64,000 nucleotides of DNA from Gekko japonicus (Eukaryota): NCBI RefSeq assembly GCF_001447785.1, contig NW_015165887.1:31373-95372 (forward strand), given 5' to 3'. Both the position numbers and the translations under genes were made by a program. Below are positions 25,187 to 38,622 of this stretch, in pieces. Every line of letters begins with the position of its first letter. Position 1 is the first letter of the stretch. The notes beneath the pieces are model-generated. The model worked only from the letters and a program-made list of their open reading frames with translations. It searched no databases and had not been told where the DNA came from.

Positions 25187-25576
25187 GATTTAGTGCCTTT
25201 GATCTTCCATTAAAAAGGAAAAACAGCAGCTCCTATAAAAAATAAAATAAGCAGCATATAATAAGTATGTTCTGGGACAGCTTGTACACCCATGAAAGGG
25301 AAAATACAGGTGCAAATTATCTCTGTTACATGGGTTGGGACATTATTGTGGCAGCAAATTTCTAATTACATAGTAAATAAAAAGGTCCTTTCTTCAGGCA
25401 ATTATTTTATTGGGTGACTTTATAGGATCATAAACTACTCTCTGTCTACTTTTTCCATACCAGGAATAATGTGATCAATTTATATTGTCCTTTTTTCCTA
25501 AACTGAAAAGCTTCAGAAGTTTTGACCTTAGCTCACAGGGGAGATACTCTACACTTCTGATTGTTTTGGTTATTCT

Positions 25577-26102
25577 GGCCCCAGTCACACGGAGAATTTG
25601 CTGTGCGAAAGGCACGAATGTCGGGCGGATTTTCGGGGCACGATAACACGGCAATATCTGGGAAGCATAGCGCACCCATGGCCAACCTGTGGCGTCCCGC
25701 CGAAAATGTGGAGTTAAAAAGTACCAAGGAAAGTGCACTAGTATCCGGAAAACACGCAGCACAGGTGGCCATCTGATCGCAGGAGCGCTAGTATTCCGTG
25801 ACGTCCGGTGCCCGTCCACATCCCATCGCAAACCGGATGTTTTTTGTAAGCGCGTGTACACAAACATGAAACTGAAAGCAGTGCTGCTCCGCAGAACTGC
25901 ACACGCGCAAAAATGCGAAACGCTTGTGTGATCGCGCTGCGCCGCTTCTTTGACATGCTGCAGCATTGCTGTGTGATCACCAGCTAACAGCCTAAGCACG
26001 GAGACTCAGGGGACTGTGTGATCAGGCTACCACGCTTTATTTTGCTCCGGGGCGAACAGCCATGCCTCCCCCCTGCATTATCTGGCCCATGTGACTAAGG
26101 CC
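25577..26102. mobile_element. CpG-rich PIF/Harbinger-like non-autonomous element upstream of the TAAR4 coding exon
   Basis: TIR GGCCCCAGTCACACGG / CCATGTGACTAAGGCC with 3-bp TSD TCT. Confidence 0.7.
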
Positions 26103-29100
26103 TCTGTTCATTTTACACCTGTCCCAGCCCCATGATATGTTTTTTGAGAAAGGATGGCTGCTCTCACTATCTCCCCTCCTCCCCTTATTTAGTATTCCCA
26201 AACTGCTGCACTGTAGATTTAAAATAAAACCATTTTGTTGCTGGCCGCTTTGTTCTCAAATCCCCTTTCCTAATAACCCTTAGTATGGAACTGCATTTTT
26301 CACTGCCACTAAACAATGAGACAACATTTTCACTTAACTACTTGCCATAACCCCAAGACCTCCTTTCTGGTTTTTCACTGCCCATTCGTCCCCTATCAAT
26401 ATGTATGCATAATCTGAATATTTGTACCAATGAAAAACAAAAGGTATCTAGTGACGCTTTATAGGTGAACAGCCCAAGCTGATTTGTGAACTAGAATTTA
26501 GGCCAACATACAGCTTCTCATCTTTAAAGTACCACAAAACTCTTTTTTGTTTTTGCTGTAGCAGACTAACATGAGTAGTCTCTGGGTTTCTTTCTTTCTT
26601 TCTTTTTTGCCTTAGAATGAATGACTTTACACTTACTCTGGAATTTATTTGCCATTTCATTACTCATTCACTTCATTTGGAGAAATCTTCTTGTGTCTGC
26701 TTGGGTTTTCACAGTACTATATGATTTTATATGTCATCTTGAAACCTGGCAACAAAATGATAAGGTTGTTATGGGGAAGGGAAATTCTTCACTTTTTAAA
26801 ATATAGCCATTGATTCTTATTATTGTGTGTGTTCTCTTTTAAGAGAGGGATTTCTCTTTGAAGAGAAATCGATGCACCCTTTTGTAACTTCCATCCTTGC
26901 AGGGGGGGGGGTTATGTTGTGCACCACAGATTAGCGTTCTAGCAGGACGATAGGAAGATTTGGGAAGATTGCCTGCCTCTGAGCATCTATACAGTAAAAT
27001 TCTGAAATTATGCAGAACCTCCTTTCCTGCCTCTCCTCTCTTTGAATTTCTCTTTGATCAAAACAGTCTTGATTAGAAATTGACCCCAAATTCCTAAAAC
27101 AAGAGGAAAAGATAAGGATTGCTGGATTTTAGGGATAAATTTGATAATGAGGAATTGAGAGAATTTCTTTTAAGTATCCTACGAAGTAATAAATGTTAAA
27201 CTACTGATTCTAACACAGATTCACTGGGGGACCCCACTGCTTACTTTACTCTGTCACAAGAAGTGAACATTTACACCTTATCCCCTTGCTTCTTGTTGCT
27301 TATTCAGTTACTAGCCACCTGGAATACCCATCTTATCTCTCCGAATAGTCACCCTTACAGTGCAGTCCTAACTGGAGCTGCCCCCTTGAATGACTGCAGT
27401 GGGCTTGGAAGAGAATAAATCTGCTCAGGGCAGCACTGTCCATTATTTCCATAACCTGGGGAAAGGCAGGTAATACAACCTGAGTATTTTCTCATGCTGC
27501 TTTCGACCTTCTCAGATGAGCTGTGTAAATTATAATGGAATGGCAGCTTTGTTTGGGTCAGTCTGCGGGTCTTGAGCCCTGGCATATGCGCCAATGTCCT
27601 AACCACCTTCTGTTGTCTGATTGTTGTTCCCAGTGACCCTGACTATATTTTACATTAGAACCCCTGAATTAATGGTTAATATAATTACTCAGATATATGA
27701 CACCTTTACAAACGGTACTACAATAAGCTTTGATGGACGCAATGCTTCTCTCTTGACTTCATCAGGCAAGAGTACAGGTGATTTATACAGGCAAAAACAT
27801 TCCTGTTAATGATATTCTACTCAGCTGCTTGCTTTGAGCACAAAGTTGGTTAGGATTAAAAGAAATGCAATACCCATAATACATAATTCTGGTCTGGCAG
27901 TACAATTTGCTAGTAGAAGAAAACACAAAAAGACCTGCTGAGATTGGAACAAAAGATACCACTGTTAACAGAACCCCATGTTAATTATTTTGTTATGGAA
28001 GCAATTCAACATCATGTTATTTCTTAATATGATTTGTGAACATTTAAAAAGCAATGTTGGAACAAAGGAAAAGACACATGGTAGTGTTATCAGTGACGTT
28101 CAGCCACAGAGACATTTCCCTGTGATTTGCTAAGTCGATGCACAATTTTGTCACATGCTCCCCTTCTGCAGTTTGTAGCACACTGTGCTAATATGAATAC
28201 ATTATGAAAGGGACTGTGTTTTGGTTCTGCCCTGGTTCAAAGTGAGGGGATACTCACATAGTATTATACCTGTGATGAGTCTGTGATTCTATATTATTTA
28301 CAATGGGGAGTGAAGCTTTTCTGGATGAACTGTCCCAATTAAGACCTCTTCACAAGGTCCTCACCACTAGATATATATCAGTTAAAGATGTCAATACATT
28401 CTGAAAGTAATGAATAAATGAAAGTATAACATATAGCTTCTTAATAATGTAAACCAAGTTATTATCAGAGGGCATAGGTAGTTACCATGGTAAATACAGT
28501 AATATTAATAAGATCTTACTAAGAAATAGCCTATGGATAGGACAGTGCCCCCGCCTCAAGGCACACAAATCAGCAGTTTTATGGTGTAAGGACTATTTGC
28601 CAGTGTTTGCATAATAATGGTAAATAGTAAAACTAAATAATAATGGTAACACTGACTTCAGTGGAAAGAAAACAGGGTCTTTGTGTACCTACGGAGGCAT
28701 ATGTTCCAGTGGTGCTTTGTGAACCACTAAAATTATAATTTTGAAGAATGATCTTCACTATATATGGAAGAGAGCTACATACCACTGAAACTCATAGCTG
28801 CTTCATGCCCCATGTATTCACCTCTTGCAATCTTTTTATAAAAAGATGCACAGCCATTCCTGTATTGTTAGGTAGACTTGTTGGATTGGGAATATGTGCC
28901 CAACAAAAAGATAATGCTGGAAACCACTCAAAGATGCATGGAACCCCACAAAAACTATGCCAAAATTACTTGGTTGTTGGAACACTGCTTTCTGATTTCA
29001 GGATTCAAAGATTTACTCCAGAGTAGGTCTATTGACCTCAGATTATGCCATTTGTACACTGTAGTTAGAAAAACAAATTATGATCTCTGGGCTGCTTGTG

Positions 29101-32083
29101 AAAATAAAATATGAACTCCAGATACCTGTATGAAGAAAAAATATGGATATGTATATTTTAATACAATCTCTAACAGTGCAATACTAATCAGAGTTTCACC
29201 CTTCTATGTCCATTGACTTTGGACTCTGCTTATTATTATGTTTCAAGTCTAAATTTTTAACAAAATTTATTAACATACAATAAATATTAAACTGATGGGC
29301 ATGATACCCAGGTATCACTATAATGCAGACAAAAAACCACAGGAAAGACACCTTTAGAACATATTTTGTTTCATCAATCATTAAATTTAAGGACATCTTA
29401 TTCTCATCTCTACATTTCTGTGTCAAAAGTAAACTGGTTCCATAACTCTTAAAGCTTTACCTGATCATTTTTGAATTTCAGATCTTCCCAGGAAACAGTA
29501 TTTTCAGTGGATTTTTTCCTCAAGACTTATTTGTTAGTCTCAATAAGAAGGTGAATGTGGCTTGGTTGTGCTTGTTCTTCATATATGGCTCCTTCCAGAC
29601 ATAACAAATACAAATTTTAAAGCCTTCTACATGTGATGATTATTGTGATGCTGATATATTCCTGGTACAGAAAGAGAGAAAAGAAGACAGGAAGGTGCCT
29701 CTAATGAGATTCATAAGTTTCTCATCATCAGACCTGGTTTTTAGCTAATACTCTGCAACTTTTCATTCTGTAACTGTGAATGAGAACATTCATGGCTCCA
29801 AAGATAACTTACAGTGAAATCTTTTTGGATTGTATCCTTCATCCTAGTAAAAATGACATCCATGAGTATCTAACCTTTCACAAAGCAGTCCTCCTAAGCC
29901 CTTCTTTTATACAACCACCTCCCTACTCAGGGATGGACTGGCCATTTAACTTACCAGGAAAGTCCTCTGTGGACTATTGCCCTGGAGGGCAGCTGACAGT
30001 AAGGAGTAAGCACAGTCAAGAGCAAGCCAATCTTAGCACCCCATCTAGTGCTATGAGCCAGCTCTTCAGGGGCTACCACTCAGTTCTGTCTTAGCAACAA
30101 TAACCAGTGTCAGTTTGTGGAAGAAGGTAATGGCTGACAGACTTGATGCCCACTGCTGGTACTGCTAGATGGGTCCACGTTAAATGGCCCTGCAGTGCTC
30201 GTTCACAGCTCCAGATAGGGCATACAATGTGCATGCTCCTGCAGCCATTTTAAATTCCCAGTCTGTCTCTGTCACCACTCCTTACAGCCACCTTCCTGGG
30301 AACCCTTCTCCTTTATACAAACCACCTTCCCTTGCCTGCCTTAGGCATGATTTACATTGGTGCAGCATTCCACATACCCAACAACTTTTAGAATTGGGGC
30401 ATTGGTGCAGCATTCCACATACCCAACATCTTTTAGAATTGGGGGTTGTTCATTCATTTATTCATTCATTCATTCATTCATTCATTCATGTATTAATTAT
30501 TTGATTTACATAATTTGTACCTTGTCTTTCTGCCCCATCGCAGCCAGCAAAGCAGCCTAAGAGTTCAAATAAACATCATTAATTATTTGATTTACATAAT
30601 TTGTACATTGTCTTTCTGCCCCAACACAGCCAGCAAAGCAGCCTAACAGTTCAAATAAACATAAAAGTGTGCCATAAAAACAATTAAAACCAAAATTAAA
30701 CTTTATATTTAAAAGCACAGAAAAACAGTAAATAAATCCTCAAGCAAGAAGGGATCACTGAAGGAATAACATAGTATGACAGACAGGGTAGGTTCTGCCC
30801 TTCCCTAAGACTGACCAATGAGAGCTTTCCCCCACCTTTTAAAAATAATTTTATCGAGAAACAATAAGGGTACAATATCCATCAACTTTCAACAGTGGTA
30901 CATCTATAAAGTAACACAAATCAAATAATTAACATTCAGTATTATGATAATCATTCAATTGTCATTACAAAGCTAAAATTAGCTAAGGCATCAGAACCAA
31001 AAGGACTTTCGTGTTTGAATTTCCATTTCAGAAATGGAGCCCACATTAATTACACATGACTCATTGACCTGTAACTCTGAACTTTGAATGTCATCTGAAT
31101 TTTTTTCCATAATAAAATAATCCCACAATTTTGGAGGGTTTTTGTCTTTCCACTTTATCATTATTATGTTTTTTGCTGCCGTGACCATTGTCATAATCAG
31201 GTCTTTCTCAAGTTTGGAGACTTTAAAGGTTTCCCAAACCTATCTTATGGTATCTATATAAGAACAGAATAGATATCTCATAACCAACGGAGAATGACGC
31301 TTCGTTATTAGTCCCCACAGCTTTCCCCCCCTCCATCTCCCTCCCCCAGTAATATCAAAGTATTGTATCAACCATGGTACAAAGGTAAAGACAGAAAGCA
31401 TGATGTACCAAACTGTCATACATTTGACCCAGGAGATAAAAAAAGACAAACCATGCGGTCCCTGAACCTCACAGGGAAGAGCCGTGGTGGCTCCACAGAC
31501 CTGTGTGCCTAAAAAAGAAAGAGCTAAGCAGGAGAGAAACCACCATCTCTGTCCACCCACTTTACGCTAATTAAAAAAGTGAAATAAAACACCACCAGCA
31601 TAAATAGAAACTACACAATAAAAGTAAACATATATAAACTTTGCAGAGCCAGTTAAGTTGCATGCCATATTGGAAATGTTCTGTCTTTCATGGGTGACAG
31701 CAGCTCCAGTTTTCTGTTTTGCGATTTTTTTGTCTCTTCCATTGGGACTCCGATATCCAGCCCTTGCAAGAGGTCATAGCCTTGATCCAGATCTTCTGCT
31801 GCCAGAACCTTGTTGTGGTGAGTAACTTGAATAGCTCCTGTAGGTAGCCATCGAAATTTAATTTTCGCTTCATTTAACAGTGTTGTTATTGGTCTGAGAG
31901 ACCGCCAGGTCTGCAGCATTTCATCCACCAAGTCGGGAAAAATCTGTACTGCTGTATCATTGAAGTGAAGGCTGCCATTTTTTGATACTTGAAGCAGTCT
32001 CCTTTTAATGCGTAGGTCTGGGACTTCAATAATAATAATAATAATATCTCGAGATCGTCCCCACCTTTGGCTGCCTTCCCTCA

Positions 32084-32113
32084 GCTCTTGCTTCAACAGT
32101 GCTTGAATGGAGC
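32084..32113 (+). promoter_or_regulatory. Iron-responsive element (IRE) stem-loop in the ferritin 5' UTR
   Basis: GCTCTTG-C-TTCAA-CAGTGC-TTGAA-TGGAGC: C bulge, perfect 5-bp upper stem and CAGUGN loop. Confidence 0.92.
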
Positions 32114-32226
32114 AGGGTCATGGCCGCCCCATCCTTCCATTTTTCCACCAGACCAGCAAACCAACAGCCCGATCCTTCCTTTTTTCCGCCAGACCAGCAA
32201 ACCATCAGCCCGCCTCTATCTGTGTC

Positions 32227-32721
32227 ATGAACTCCCAGGTCCACCAGAACTATGACACCAAGAGCGAAGCTGGGGTGAACAGCTTGGTCAACCAGTTCTT
32301 CCGCGCCAGCTACACCTATCTGTCCCTGGGTTACTATTTCACCCGGGACGATGTGGCTCTATCCAAGTTTGCATCCTTTTTCCGGCATTTGTCTGAGGAG
32401 AAACACAAACAAGCTGAGAAACTCCTGACCCTCCAAAACCGTCGTGGAGGGAGAGTCTTTCTCCAGGATGTTAAAAAACCGGAGCAGGATGAATGGGAGA
32501 AGAATGTGAACCAGGCTCTGCTGGATCTGCACAAGATCGCTTCTCACCACGTGGATCCTCACATGTGTGACTTCCTGGAGACTCAATACCTTGACGAGGA
32601 GGTGAAGCTGATCAAGAAGCTGGGTGATCACCTGACCTACCTGAAGCGGGTGCGTGCCAGCGAGGACGGCCTGGGCGAGTACCTCTTCGATCGCCTCACC
32701 TTGGGCGAGTCCAGCGACTGA
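32227..32721 (+). pseudogene. FTL: Ferritin light chain processed retrocopy (open frame, internal in-frame deletion of about 13 codons)
   Basis: Intronless MNSQVHQNY...RDDVAL...[16 protein letters not shown]...[12 protein letters not shown]-chain ferroxidase positions are replaced (E27>F, E62>K, H65>Q, Q141>E), indicating L type. The DEW|EKNVNQ junction lacks about 13 aa. 5' UTR with IRE and AATAAA at 32885-32890 retained. Confidence 0.88.
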
Positions 32722-35060
32722 GCTGCAGAGTGCTGGATCCCTCCAGAGTCCTCCCACCAACCTGTCCAGCTGTGTTGCTCTAATTTGTCATGTGCCTATG
32801 TTTAAAAAAAAGTTTGGCTGTTCAGTGAATGAGGCATGCCTCTACCCTGCACATCTTGGGGAGGAGAGTCTGTAACTGGCATTAAATAAAACTTGCCATT
32901 AAGCACTACACTGGCACGTGTTTGTGTGTGTATATGTGCATGCTAACTAGGATAACCTTTGCACAGCATTTTGGATTCAGTGATATTGCCCAGTTTAGCT
33001 TCCATGGATTGAGGAGTGGGTGACCTCTCCTAAAACAAACTGACCTCCAGTTCAGCTAATACAGGGTAACTGTGCCTTCCCTCTGTTCTCTGCCTTCTGT
33101 AATCAAAGATATGATCATCTGCCACTGTATCATGGCTTCCCCGGACTGTCTAAGGGCTGGCTTGCCTGGGCTTCCCACAGCCACGGGGCGCCCGGGCAAG
33201 CTAAGGGAAGGCATGGGGGTGTGGCCTAATATGCTAATGTGCTGTGCTGTTGGGCTGTGGCCTAATACGTTAATGAGTTTCTGCTGTTGGGTGTGGCCTA
33301 TTATGCTAATGAGTTCCTCTACAAAAAAAGCCCTGCACATATTTATTTTCTAATGTTAGTATCCTGGCTTTTGCCCACTTTTCACGCTTTTGTAGTTGTT
33401 GAACCCCGCCTTGATTGGCTAGCACAGCTTCCATGGCCATATCGGCTGTTTGTACTACTTGCTGAAGCATTTTGTGCATGGTGTCTAACTGTTCGGCCAA
33501 GGGTTTCCAAATTTCATGCAGATTGTCGAGTATTTCCTTCTTGAAGTCTTTCAGTTCCTCATGGAGGTCTTGTTTGGTTAGGTTTTCTTTAGAGGCTTTC
33601 CCTAAGTCGAGTCCGGCCACCATTTGGAATGACCGTTGCGTTGATTGAGGGGCAATTTTCTGAAGATCTTTTTTCGATAAAAAGTCTGTCAGAAGCCTGG
33701 TGCTTCCAGATTGTGATTTAGTTTTATGTTCCTCTGGCTTACCCATGCTTTCTGAAGAGAAGATTTAATCACTTGTTGTGACTTTTAAAAGCAAAGTGGG
33801 CAGATCAGATCCAGAGCTCTCCCCCTACACGTCTGCCATCAGCTGCCCCGACGCTCCACCCCCCACCAATGAGAGCTAATGGAATGTTGGAGAGAGACAG
33901 CAGTTAAGAGGGCATTTTGGAGTTGCCATCTAAGGAACGAGAGGGAAATAACAGTCTGATTGAGTGAAGCTAAGGGGAAAGTAAGCTTAAAGGTAACTGA
34001 TGAGGAAATCAATTTGTAACATGAGATTCAAGATGCTGGAACAGGGGAACAGTTCAAAAGTTCAATGGAAGTGAAACATAACTTCTACCTTCCTTTGGTC
34101 AGTGTTATATTCATACCATAAATAAGAGTTAACTTCTTGTTTTGTTTAACCCTGTGGGCTGTGTGTCTCAGGGAAAGATCTTAGTCTATACATGTTTAAG
34201 ATATGACTAAGTGGTGGCAGTGTGTGCATGGGTCAGTGTTTGAGCCCCCAACCCCAATAACTCTGGGAAGTTTTTGAGTGAGGGTTGTTATAGAAGGGGT
34301 GGGCTTCCCCGTCTGCTGATGCCTCTGTGAGTGAGAGAGAGTACATGAGATGCAAAATGGTCATGGTTCTCTAAAGAGTTTTAAAAAGATGAGAAACGTA
34401 GCAAGGGTGATGGCCTTACCTACTTGTAACCTGGAACCTGAGAGAGAGGGGTTTCTGAGGGTGGTAGGCACTCTGTGTGACTGGAAAGGGACATAACGTA
34501 GAGGAAATTTTTTAAAAAAATCTTCCCTCACTGGCAGAAGACAGTGACAGAAAGGAGCAGACAACGATCCCTGGGGAGATACACATATTGTGCATCCTAT
34601 TGTGGTGATGTGCTGATATTTTATATACAGTGACTCAGTTTAAATGAGTTGTTTCGTTGTGCAAACATCACATAGGTAAGTTCTTCTGTCTGTCCAGCAT
34701 CGTGTTTAAATCAGACCTTGCTACCCTTCAAGAGGAAACTGAATCCCTGAAAAGGAAGCCCTCAGAGTGTAGCAAGAGATTCCCTCCTACATCCAATCAA
34801 AGAACCTGCAGTGTGGTTGATGGGCAGTAATAGGATGACAACCAGAGTTGCCAATTCCAGCTTGAGAGAAGTTTGTGGAGATTTGACGGTGGTACCTGAG
34901 GAAGATAGAGATGGGGCTGGGGGTTGGTGGCATTATTTATACTATACAGCCCACCCTCTGAAGTTGCCATATCTTACAGAGGAACTAATCTCTGAGCCAC
35001 CCCATCCACTGCTCATGCGGAGCGGTGGAGCCTCAGCTACTTTGTGCCTCGGCTGAGGAC

Positions 35061-35266
35061 CAGTGTTCCCTCTAAGCTGAGTTAGTGTGAGCCAGCTCAC
35101 AGTTTTTTAGCCTCCAGCTCACAGATTTTTGCCTTCGCTCAGGAAGGATGGCTCCAGAGCAGACTAATTTATTCAGTCGCCAGATCGCCTGCTCACAACT
35201 TTAATGCCAGTAGCTCACAAAGTAGAATTTTTGCTCACGAGAATTCACAGCTTAGAGGGAACATTG
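35061..35266. mobile_element. hAT MITE, same family as 19054-19260
   Basis: TIRs and perfect 8-bp TSD CTGAGGAC. A third copy starts near 61650 and runs into the gap. Confidence 0.9.
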
Positions 35267-36774
35267 CTGAGGACCCACACTTTTGAAACTATGCCTGACA
35301 TTTTCCCCCAAAAGCACTTTCCTGGGGGCATCTTATTTGGGGGGGGGCATAATTTGGATCTCCACAGTGGATGGGTATGCTCTGGACTGCCAAGGTGTCT
35401 TGGGGATACTTTGGGGATCCCCTCCTGGCCCGTAACCTGGATTTTTTATCCTGGGGGGTGGTGCGGTTCCAGGGGGGGCTGCTGGTGGGTGGGAAAAGCT
35501 CGCTGCTGGTGTGGGGGCTTAATTTAAATACCCTTAACTAAATGCTGGTGCAGAGGCCACTTGTCCTTTGCGACTTCGGGTCTCTTCCTGCTGCCTTAGC
35601 AGCTCCGGCAGTGAGGGGGCTGCACAGCTGCCAACCCCTCCCCTCCCCTGGTCTTCTTGAAAAGACCCGGTGAGGGGAGGGAGACAGCAGGCCGGCCTCA
35701 TTGTTGGCTGGGTGAGTTGTCTTTCTGCTTGCTAGCAGGAAGAAGACTCTGCAGCTAGTAAAGGAGGCCACACAACCCCCCCCTCTCTTCCCCTGCCAGC
35801 CAGCTGAGCAGGGTGTGGTTACACCCCCCCCCCCTCTGCTTAGCTGCTTAGCTGGCAGGTAGGGGGAAGAGGGGGGAGGGGCAGCCACTTGCCAGTGGAG
35901 TCTTCTTCCTGCTTGCTAGCAGGAAGAAGACACGGTGGACAAGGAGGCCACGCAGCTGCCCCCTCCCTCCCCTTTCTCTCCCCCACTTGCCAGCTGAGCA
36001 GAAAGGGGTTTTAACCCCCTTTGCTGGTGTTGTGTTGCAGCTGCAGCATGATTTCTCCATTGTATCCAATGGAGAAATCCTGCCACCACTACAGTGAGAC
36101 TCCAGAGAGGGGGGTTTAATTTTTTTAAAAAACCCTCTGCTCAGCTGGCAGGTGGGGGTGGAGAGGAGGTGCAGAAGGAGTGGGTGCAGGGGAGGAATCT
36201 CGTGGTTGACACCGGTCACCCCAGAGCCACCCCAGGCTCCCTTGCCCTCCAGGTGTAGAGGAGGGGGGACTAGCAGGCTGGGGGGTAGGGGCACCCCTAA
36301 TTTGAGAGGAGGACTACCCCAATGCCCCACTGCTGACTATGGCCCTGGGAGCCCCTGTTGGAACTCTGAGGATGTCTGCCTTTCTGTCATTCAGAAACTG
36401 CCTTTGGAGACTTGGGGGGGCTGTATGGGTAGGGAGGATGTTTGTCATGCTTCCAGCGTCTGGCTGGGGGGGGGGTCTGCCCAAGTGAAGTTTATCTGTT
36501 TGGTGTCACTGGCTTGTTCCTGAGGTGCTGTATAGACTCCTGTAACTGCAGCTGTCTTCTCCATGGTTTGTGTAGCTTTCAGGGGGTCCATTCTATACAC
36601 TTTTGAACCTGCACCTGGCATTTTTCCTGGGGGCACCTTCTTTGGGGGGCTATAACTCAGACCCTCTAAGTCCAATCTGCACATAACTTGGAGGCCTGTA
36701 GGAGAGGATCAGGGGGAGGTCCATGAGAGATTGATGTTTCTAGCTTGCACAGGGTCCACTCTATACACTCCAAT

Positions 36775-36919
36775 CCTACACGTGATCATACACACTCAAT
36801 AATCCACTTTCAATGCACTTTCAAACTGGATTTTGCCAGTTCACACAGTAAAAATCTAGTTGGAAAGTGCATTGAAGGTGGATTGAAAGTGGATTATTGA
36901 GTGTGTGTGATTGTAGCCC
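36775..36919. mobile_element. Palindromic MITE
   Basis: CACACTCAATAATCCACTTTCAAT...ATTGAAAGTGGATTATTGAGTGTG inverted arms. Confidence 0.7.
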
Positions 36920-37436
36920 ATGTTTTCCCAGTTCATGCCCATCCCTACCTGCAATGCACAGGTCCTCTATTAACAGGGCATGCATGGCAATCTCTGTTCC
37001 TTCTTTCAGTTGTGGTGAAGCTGTTACACATGGAGCCTCTCAGCCACATCTACTGTTTATGTGACTGGGCTTTTCTAGTCCTCCCTTGTTTGATCCAAGG
37101 CTTCTAGTGCACTAAGTAGTAGGCTATATCCAGGCTTGCTTAATGTGCCAGAGGCCTTGAAGCAGAGAGTGGGACTGGACCGAGGTTTTTTTGGGGACCC
37201 TAGCTGGGCTATGACCACCACCACCCCGAGAGAAAAGTGAGAAGTCTAGAATGAACATTTAACTTACTGGGCATCCAAAATAAAAATGTAAAAATAACAA
37301 GAGATAAGCTCTTGAAAGTATTCTTTTTTCCATCATGGCAGCTATAGAAGACCAGAGTCAACACATATGGATATTCTAGAAGCCAGTTAACGTTAAGCTT
37401 CCTGTCAAGGCAGTAGAGGAACCTCCTTTTGCCTTT

Positions 37437-37650
37437 TAAAGGTAAAGGCTTCCCTTGTCTGAAAGCCAGTTGAATCTGACTCTAGGGGGCGGTGCTCATC
37501 TCTGTTTCCAAGCCGAAGAGTCAGCACTGTCCAAAGACTTCTCCGTGGTCATGTGGCCGGCATGACTAAACGCCGAGGTGCATGGAATGCTGTTACCTTC
37601 CCACCAAAGCGGTACCTATTTATCTACTTGCAATTTCTTGCTTTCGAACC
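37437..37650 (-). mobile_element. Sauria-SINE-like fragment; related 3' fragment at about 9320-9462 (+)
   Basis: (ACCTTT)n tail and GTCATGTGGCCGGCATGACT core shared between the two copies. Confidence 0.7.
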
Positions 37651-38622
37651 ACCCTAAAAATGTGTACCCAAGGCTGTCACCTAGATTTGCCTAGTGATCA
37701 GGCTGGTGCTGGCAGAGAGATTAATATTAACATAAGTCCTTCAAGCTGTTTTAGGCTTCTCCTTATCTTCTCCAGGGCCTCTGGTGTGCAAAACAACCTC
37801 CGCACATACCTTGAGTATGTATTTCAAAATCCGTTCTTGATGCTCCTCTCATTTCTGGAATTTGGGCGTCTGTGCCAAAAACATTTGGAGTAGAATCTGA
37901 TAGCTTCATTTCACTAGAGCCTGAGTTCACTAAGACATTTTAGATCTGATCTGAGAAACAAAGACTTTCACCTGTTAGCCATAGAGTGACACCTGCTACC
38001 TGCTTATGGACAATGAAGGGCTGTCTGAGAAATTCATATCAGAAGAAAAGCAATACCAACAACTTGCCCAATGCTGTACCTTGACTGTACAATGATTTCC
38101 TCTTATAATCGATTATTATCCAGAAGGGAATACTGATTTTATACTAAGAGGTAGTGGGAGGGAAGGTGACATGGTATGGCCTGATGTCATCAGATCTGGG
38201 AAGCTAAGCAAGGTCAGTACCTGGAAGAGAGACCACCAAGAAGACTCTGCAGATGAAAACAATGGGAAACCACCTCTGCTTCCAATTTGCCTTGAAAGCC
38301 CCTTGATGGGGTTGCCATAAGTCCGCTGTGACTTGACAGCACTTTACACACACAAGCACGCACACGCACACACCCCTTGAAAATTTCAGTAATCATGACC
38401 TGTGGCACCTCTCAGCGTATAACCCATGATCGGTGGTTCCATCTTTTCTCCAAGGCTGATAATACCATGCCTCCATCTGCCAGGACTAGCCTAGTAATCA
38501 TTTCCCGACTTTCAGTCACAGGGAAAGCAATTTCAATTTACATTAGCAAGTCCACACCAAACAAAAGATACCATTGATGCTGGAGAAACCACTAAATGCC
38601 TTGGGTTGATAAATGAGTTTGT

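Larger units (their letters stand above)
30827..33864 (-). mobile_element. Internally deleted non-autonomous L1 (ORF1 plus ORF2 3' remnant), interrupted by the ferritin retrocopy
   Basis: 13-bp TSD ACCAATGAGAGCT at 30814-30826 and 33865-33877. ORF1 N-terminal coiled coil at 33746-33336 (..ILTLENK) and C-terminal part at about 32055-31653 (RDII..QIFPDL..KFRW). ORF2 tail TAAKNIIMIKWK at about 31000-31200. Confidence 0.82.

Noticed and set aside
25577-26102. CpG island promoter for TAAR4
   Set aside because: The CpG-rich block is bounded by TIRs and a 3-bp TSD, so it is a young DNA transposon.
32028-32046. (AAT)n as the tail of the ferritin retrocopy
   Set aside because: It lies at the ferritin 5' side and is an expansion of the Ile codons in the L1 ORF1 RDII motif.
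35538-36684. GC-rich overlapping ORFs
   Set aside because: Low-complexity, internally repeated transposon-like sequence with no recognisable domain.
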